Positions 46,127-53,500 of a DNA stretch of 64,000 bases are shown one piece after another. The position numbers and the translations under genes are program-made. The notes below the pieces were generated by a model that did no database searches, had not been told where the DNA came from, and saw nothing but the letters and a program-made list of their open reading frames with translations. The DNA lies in the NCBI GenBank assembly GCA_900290255.1, contig OMOD01000122.1, forward strand, positions 14,314-78,313, given 5' to 3'. Positions within the stretch are counted from its first letter, which is position 1, and the number at the start of each line of letters is the position of its first letter. This stretch comes from Candidatus Sulfotelmatobacter kueseliae. Lineage in GTDB: Bacteria > Acidobacteriota > Terriglobia > Terriglobales > Acidobacteriaceae.

Positions 46127-47200
46127 GTGTACGGAACTGCTCCGCAGTTTGGCATCTATGGCGTGGCCACGGGCAGCGGCAACTCGGTGGGTGTGTACGG
46201 TAATGGCGTCGACGGCCTGCAGGGCGCCGGCACCATCCACGGCGTCTACGCCAACGGCACCCAATACGGCGTCACCTCCTTCACTTCTGCCGGCGTTGCG
46301 GGAATCTACGGGGTTTACGGAGGCGCAAGCGGAACCGGGCAGACCTGGCTTGATAACACAGGCACTGGCGGCGCCGTTTGGGCTGACACCATTAGCCCCA
46401 CCGGCGGTTACTTCATCCCCGCCTTGCTCGCCACGACCGACAATAACGAAGCAGCTGTCTTCGAGAACAATTCAAACGATTACGAAACGATCGACGTTTA
46501 CAACTATGGGAGCGGGGGCACCGGCAACGTCGTGCGCGCCGAGGGCAGCACGGGAAGTTGCACCCTCACCGGCGGCGGTGACACCGCCTGCACGGGCGTC
46601 CTGAAGTCCGTGGTTGCAACCAGCCAAGGTGCGCGGCGGGTCGAAACCTACTCTGTACAGTCATCGGAGAACTGGTTTGAAGATGCGGGCACGGCCCAGC
46701 TTGTCAATGGAGCCGGCCGCGTCAACCTGGAATCCGTCTTCGGGCAAACTGTGAATACCGGCGTCGAATATCACGTCTTCCTGACTCCGGACGGCGACTG
46801 CAAGGGGCTCTACGTCAGCGCCAAAACAGCGTCCGGTTTTGAGGTACACGAACTCGGCGGCGGCACTTCCAGTGTCGCATTCGAATACCGCATCATGGCC
46901 AAGCGCGTAGGTTATGAGAGCGTCCGCCTTGCGGACGTCACGGAGCGATTCAACCGACAAGAAGCACGAAGCAAGAACATGCGGCGACCTGCGCGGTCGT
47001 CAGCTGATCGGCGATCCAGTTCACGGATAACAACGCCGCCGCCAGTGCATCCAGTGGTCGAGCAACAACTGGCCCCGAAAATGCTGGTGCTGCCGGTTCT
47101 GGCATCGGCTGCGCCGCTGCCAGCGCCGGTAACGCCCAAGCTGACACCCACGCCGCCAGTCCGGGCTGCGCTGCAACCGATGGCTGCTCAACCCAAGTAA
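46127..47200 (+). CDS. Gly-rich GxYG-repeat protein with conserved C-terminal domain; no signal peptide, possibly 5'-truncated
   Basis: GTG start. Repeats GIYGV/VGVYGN/HGVYAN/GIYGVYGG are followed by ETYSVQSSENWFEDAGTAQLVNG...YHVFLTPDGDCKGLYV...FEYRIMAKRVGYE and a Pro/Ala-rich tail. Confidence 0.45.
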   Translation: MYGTAPQFGIYGVATGSGNSVGVYGNGVDGLQGAGTIHGVYANGTQYGVTSFTSAGVAGIYGVYGGASGTGQTWLDNTGTGGAVWADTISPTGGYFIPALLATTDNNEAAVFENNSNDYETIDVYNYGSGGTGNVVRAEGSTGSCTLTGGGDTACTGVLKSVVATSQGARRVETYSVQSSENWFEDAGTAQLVNGAGRVNLESVFGQTVNTGVEYHVFLTPDGDCKGLYVSAKTASGFEVHELGGGTSSVAFEYRIMAKRVGYESVRLADVTERFNRQEARSKNMRRPARSSADRRSSSRITTPPPVHPVVEQQLAPKMLVLPVLASAAPLPAPVTPKLTPTPPVRAALQPMAAQPK

Positions 47201-47232
47201 GTGCTGTCGGCAGATAACACCCTGCGCTGCCG

Positions 47233-47263
47233 AGGGGACCAAGGCTCCAAGCCACGGTCCCCT
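47233..47263 (+). terminator. Candidate hairpin downstream of 46127-47200
   Basis: aggggacc (47233-47240) pairs with ggtcccct (47256-47263), an 8-bp stem with a 15-nt loop and no T-tract. Confidence 0.2.
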
Positions 47264-47539
47264 TCGGCGCAGTATGCGAACAGGGATCGTGCTAGGGAAG
47301 CAGTAGCAAACGGAAAGCATAGAAACGCCGCTCGGTCGCTCGGGCAGCTTTTCTTTGTGAAAGAACCCCGTCAGGGGCGCGAACCTGCAATGAGCTTCTT
47401 CTTGGGATGGTTTCTTCTTGCCTTTTGAGGCTGATGGTTCTGTTACGCGCTCTTGACTCAGCCCTCGGCCTCGCAACAGATTCCGCGTGTGGGACAGGTG
47501 CGTTGGTCGAACGCTTACGTTTCAGAAGGCCAGGACCTC

Positions 47540-47564
47540 GCTCGCCATCTCAGTTTTGGCGAGC
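47540..47564 (-). terminator. Candidate hairpin just downstream of the NRPS-PKS stop
   Basis: gctcgcc (47540-47546) pairs with ggcgagc (47558-47564), a 7-bp stem with an 11-nt loop, 12 nt after the stop at 47576. No U-tract. Confidence 0.2.
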
Positions 47565-47575
47565 AAAGCCTGGCG

Positions 47576-50500
47576 CTAGTCATCAAAGTTAAGGCACCAC
47601 TCTCCATCCAAACGTGATAGGCTGGCGTCCCCTCGAACTAGGAGTTCCAGAAGTTCGGGCTTGCGAGAGTGCGCGATTGTCCAGCCACCGCGGCCGCATG
47701 TGAAGAAACAATTTTTCTGCGATAAGGCGTCCATCAAGTGGATTGGAGCAGTCCCGTGGAGGCCGACCGCGCCTTGACTCCAGGCATCGTAGAAAAGATG
47801 GTCAAGAATGTCCTTGCCGAACCGGCTCTCACCACCGATCTGCACCGCTTGGGCCACATCGCCAATCTTCGGATAGTAGATATACCAGCCAACGACCTTC
47901 TGACGGTCATCACGAAGAACAATCTTCCGCAGTTCTGACCGGGGGTGCATCCGCTCCATGAACGTCAAGAGCCATTTCAGCGAATCGACTTCATAATCAG
48001 GCAGAATTGAATGGTCACTGCGGAATTTCGCTAAACAGTGAAGAAGCACTTCAACGTCTAGCTCTGCGGCCTGCAGATGAGACGGGATCGGACGTAAGGG
48101 GCTGAAGGGAAGTCTTGCACCGATGGCGTCCACGACGCTACAAAAGGGTCTTGCGGCAATCCTAAGGCTGGCGGAGAGCGTGGGCCCCGCTAACTTGGAC
48201 ATGGCGTGGGCAGCGTAATTCGTCAGCCGCAAGGGGCGTGCCCAGTGCATGCTCAAGGGCATAATAGTCCTGAAGCCCATTCGTTCCAGCAGACTCCTAG
48301 ATATATCGTTTGCTGAATCCGTCAACGAAATGTCCTGCTCTCCTGCCATGTACGCCGTCAGCAGACGCAAGCCAGCCAGCGAGGACCGCGCCTCCGGAGC
48401 AACCACAAAATTGCCACCAACGGCGATGCAAAGCGGCCGTCCGCGGAGAGACATTTTCCGTCGGACTACACCTAGGAAGCCTACAATTCTGCCGTTCTTG
48501 CCTTCATAAACACGGGAAGGCGTTCTCTCGTCGATCAAAGGACTCCTGAAATAAAGCTCCTCAAAATATGAGTGGAGTCCGGACGGAGGAGCGCCCTTGC
48601 CGTAACGCAGGAATTTCCACCACAGGTCCGCTACCTGCGGGATATCGTCGACAGCAAACGGGCGCAGACCCGGATCTTTCCGCGCCAACCCTAGCGAAGG
48701 CCCATCTTCCGCCTTCATACCCCGCCCGAGAACACTCGCCAGTTTTCGTGGGGTAGGGGCATCGTAAAGAGCCGCGAGCGGCGGGGTGCATCCTAACTCG
48801 CTTTGGATCAAGGCGAACAACTGCGCCGCAGCCACGGAGTGGCCGCCTAAAGCAAAAAAGTCGTCGTCTGGCCCAATCTCGCTGCCATTCAACACACGCT
48901 GCCAAAGCGGGATCAAGGATTGGACTAACGTGGCCTCCGACATCCCGGAGATGGTCGGCGTATCCGAGAATTGCTGTGGCGCCCCGGGTGTCGAGCCCAA
49001 AGCCGGCGACACGGATTGCCGCGTCATTTCTCGGTTTGGAATGCGTTTGTAAACGATCTCAGTGGCGGAAGCAGTCTCGCTCCACTTGAGCCGGGCTAGC
49101 TGCGTTACTTTCCGTGAAGGATCGGCCGCCAGCTCTTCAAAGATGGAGCCTAGCGTCACCAGCCATTCTCGTACGGTAAGATCCGCAAAGAGCTTGATGT
49201 CATAGTGGCAGTGCAACGCCAGGTTTTCTTCTGCCTCCACCACATTCAGATAAAGCTCGAACGATTCGAAAGCCTTGGGGTTGGCCTCGTAGTCGACGGC
49301 AAATCCGAATTGCGGTAACTCGTTTTGCTTGAACTTCTTGATGTTGGTAAGTCCAACCGAGATCGGGGAAATGCCAGGCGTAGGCGCAGCCGGGTGGAGA
49401 TCTTCCATCAAGCTCACCATTGTAAAGATGGCGTGCTCGTGAGCGGCGAGAAGATCGGCTTGTACGCGCTTTAGGAAAGCCTCCGCTGCTTCGCCTTCGC
49501 GTAACTCCACGGCAAAGGGAAGAAGGTTGACGCAGTGTCCGACGAGACCAGGCTGTCCGATAGACGGTTGTTCCGCAGTGGGCAGAGTGATCACAAAGCG
49601 ATGCTGCCGCGAGATGCGGGCTAGCAGAATGGCCAGAGAACTGAGCAGGACCGCGAAGAAGCTGCAGTTATGTTCGGCTCCCAGCGCTCTGAGATCGCGC
49701 ACTACCGAGGCTGAAATCGAGTGATCGAGACGGCGGGCGTTGAATTCACGCCGCGCACTCCGCGGGTGGTCTGTCGGAAGCACGAGCACGGGGAAACCAT
49801 CATGGAATTTCGCGTGCCAATAGTTGCCCGCTTGCTTGAATTCTGCGGAGCGCTCCCGCTCCGTTGTGTTCTTCACGTAATCGCCGTAACTGTCTGCGAG
49901 CTCTAGGTGCACAGGCGCACCTGAGAGTTCTTCCGAATAGAAGGCGCAGAGATCGTGGATCAGGACATCCAGCGACCAGCCATCGCAAATAATGTGGTGT
50001 GCCGTGATGATGACCGCAGCACGCTCGGCACCGAGCAAAACCATTTGGCAGCGGAACAGAGGGCCTGCGGGCAGAGGGAACGGCAATGCTGTTTCATCGG
50101 CAATCAGTTTGCGGAAACGTTGCTCTTGCCAGTCCGGTTCGTTGGCCGGAACCTGCATTGAGAGATCAGTCACCGGCATCGCGATCTTCAGGGCCGGGGC
50201 GATCTTCATCATCCTGCCAGTTTCGTCGAAACTGGTGCGTAGGGCGTCATGTCGTTCCACCAGACGTTCCATGGCGCCCATCATTTTCGCGACTGAGATC
50301 TTGCCGGTGAATCGCAGCGTCATGGATTCGTTGTAAGACGCCGACAAGCGCTCGGACAAACGCGAGGACGAGAAAATACCCCGCTGCGGAACCGTAGCTT
50401 CGATATCGCGTGGACTGGAACGCACGATGGCGGGCTTCGAACCATCTGTCGATAATTTCTGGACCACCGGCGTCTCATCTTCCGCGGCTATGCGATTTCC

Positions 50501-53500
50501 ACCGCCTTTCTCGAGAAGCGCAACCAGCCGGGCGATCGTGCGCGCTTGCTCGACAACCGCTTCTTCGAGCGTGCTGCCCTTGGACTGGATACTTGGCTGA
50601 GCATTCGTCCGGACGTCCGCAAGAGAGTTTGCGGTCGGAATAGGAGTGGCTTCGGCGAGAGCCTCGGCAGGCAGGGTCGAATCAAGATGCGCCGCCAACA
50701 TGTCAATGTTGGGGAACTGCTTCATGAGCTGACTGAAGCTGACCTTCACGGAGAACTCCTTTTGGACAGCGAAGGCGACCTGGGTTAACGACAGCGAGTC
50801 GAATCCCTGCTCCATGAACGTAGCGGAAGTGTCAATTTGCGAACGTTCGCGTCCGGAGACAGGTAAGAGCAGATCAATCACGCGCGCAGCGATGCGGTCC
50901 TTGCGCGAGCCTGCCCCGCGTCCCGACGTAACGGCCTCTGTGAGTGCAGACGGGAGAGCAGACGGCGCCACGGAGGGCTCGGTTGATGGCTCAACTCGGA
51001 CGCCAGCCGCCGCACTCGAACTCCTGTTCTCGGGATTTTGCGCAGTGGACGCCTCGGCGGGATCCACCCAGAACCGCTGCCGCTCAAACGGGTAGGTCGG
51101 CAATGGTATGCGATGACGCTCTTCGTTAGTGTAAAAGCCTTCCCACTCAATGGACACGCCATTCTGCCAGAGGGACCCCAGGGCAAAAAGCAGAGTAGCC
51201 CACTCGGTGTTGTTCTCCGCCGTGTCGGCAAACGTCGGGATCGCGGTACAAGGATGATCGGGCGTAAAGTGCTGGCGGGCCAATGCACACATTGTGGAAC
51301 GTGGTCCGCATTCCAGGAAAAAGTCGTGTCCTTGCTCCTTAAGGCATAGGATGGCTTTTGAAAACTCCACTGTAGCCCGAGCATGATTGGCCCAATACGC
51401 GGGATTGCTGGTCTCGGCGGCGGTAATGGAGCGTCCTGTTACCGTCGAGACAAAGGGCTTGGCCGGAGCACGCAAGCGGATTTTGGCAACGGCCTGGCGC
51501 AACGGCTCGATCATGGGATCCATCATCGCGGAGTGGAAGGCATGTGAGGTGTGCAGTTGGCGGCAGACAAAGTTTTCGGCCTCGAGTTGCTTCCGGAATT
51601 GCGCAATATTCTCTTCCGGCCCCGACACCACGCATAGAGCGGGAGCATTGTTGGACGCAAGCTGAAGTCCAGGCGGAAGAATCTTTGCAACCGATTCCGC
51701 GCTGCTGCTCACGGCCATCATGGAGCCACGCGGCAGTTCCTGCATCAAGCGTCCCCGCAGAGCGACAACGCTGAGTGCATCCTCGAGATCCCACACCCCG
51801 GCGAGCGTGGCAGCGACAAACTCTCCGATGCTATGTCCCGCCATCAGGGCAGGCTCGACGCCGAGGCTTTGCCAGAAGCGCGCCAGCGCGTATTCGATGA
51901 CAAAAATCGACGGCTGTGTGAAGAACGTGTCCCGCAATGATATCTGAGCCGTCTCTTCGTCTCCGCTCTGGGGATAAAGAAGTTCGCGCAAATCCCGGCC
52001 GAGATGCGGTTTAAGGCACTCGCAACAATCGTCAACGACTGCGCGAAAAAGCGGCTCGTCACGATAGAGGTTCAATCCCATGTTGACGTACTGCGTGCCC
52101 TGACCGCCGAAAAGGAAAACGATGGGTGGATCGCGACGCTCGCAGCGTTTGCTCCCGCAGCGTAACGGATTCGGTTGCAAGAGCAGCTTGGCGGCATCGC
52201 CGGAATCGGCGGCTACCACGAATCGCCGCTGCGCCAGCTGTTTGCGCCCGGTTTGGAAGGTGTAGGCCACATCGGCCAGATCTTCCGGTGCGCTCGCGAG
52301 ATGCTCGGCCAACGCCCGGCTGTAGGCATCAAGGGCTGCTGGACTCTTGGCTGAGAGCGGCAAGAGTTGCAGTGGGCGCGAAGGCCGCCCGCTCTTTGCC
52401 ACCGGCGCTTCTTCCAGGATGACGTGGACATTCGTCCCGCCAAAGCCAAACGAGCTGACCGCTGTGCGACGCACTCCCTTTCCACGAGGAAACGGGATGA
52501 GCTTGTCGGCCATGAGGAACGGGCTGCCACCGAAATCGATCTTGGGATTGGGTGTCTTGAAATGCAGGGTCGGAGGAATTTGCTCGCGATGGAGAACGAG
52601 GGCCGCTTTGATCAGGCCTGCAACTCCAGCGGCATTGGTGGGATGCCCGATGTTTCCTTTGATGGATCCGATATAACAGAAGTTCTTCTTGTCGGTCTTG
52701 TTCTCAAAAACTCTTCGCAGAGCTTCGAATTCAATCGGATCGCCGACCGGGGTGCCCGTACCGTGCGCCTCGATGTAGCCGATAGTCTCGACCGGGACGT
52801 TAGCATTTGCCTGCGCCAGGGCAATGGCCTCCGCTTGGCCGTCCACGCTCGGGGCCAGAAAAGAAGCGGGGCGGGCACCGTTGTTGTTCTTGCCGGTGCC
52901 GCGAATGACGGCATAAATGGTGTCGCCATCGGCTAGAGCTTCGGCATACCGCTTGAGGACGACCACGCCGGCGCCGTCGCAGAACATGGTTCCGGTAGCG
53001 TCAGCATCAAAAGGACGGCAGTGGCCATCTTTGGAGAACGTGCCTCCCTGCTGATATAGGAATCCGCTCCTCTGCGGCACCGTGATGTCGATGCCGCCCG
53101 AGAGTGCGATGTCACATTCGTAGTCGAGCAGTGAGTGGTAGGCTTCGTCGATAGTCAGGAGCGTAGTCGAACAGGCTGTATTGAGGCTGACCGCGGGTCC
53201 GCGAAGGTCCAGCAGATAAGCGGTGCGCAGGGCGATGTAGTCTTTTTGGTTGCCGTACTCAACGGCCAGCTTGCCGGCCATGGCCAACAAATCCGGTTGC
53301 GTCAAGAGGTTCGTGGTGTAGTAGTGATTGTCACCGATACCCGCGAACACTCCAATGCGCCCTTTATAGCGCTCGGGGTCGTACCCGGCGTTTTCCAGCG
53401 CCTGCTGCGCCAGTTCGAGAAAGATCCGCTGCTGCGGGTCCATGACCTTGGCTTCAAGCGGATTGATGCCAAAGAACGCGGCATCGAAGAGATCCGCGCC

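Noticed and set aside
47579-48682. Thioesterase, reductase or terminal condensation-like release domain at the C-terminus of the NRPS-PKS.
   Set aside because: No GxSxG nucleophile elbow, no NAD(P)-binding GxxGxxG and no HHxxxDG in the last 370 residues. The region instead matches the stand-alone protein at 25976-27310.
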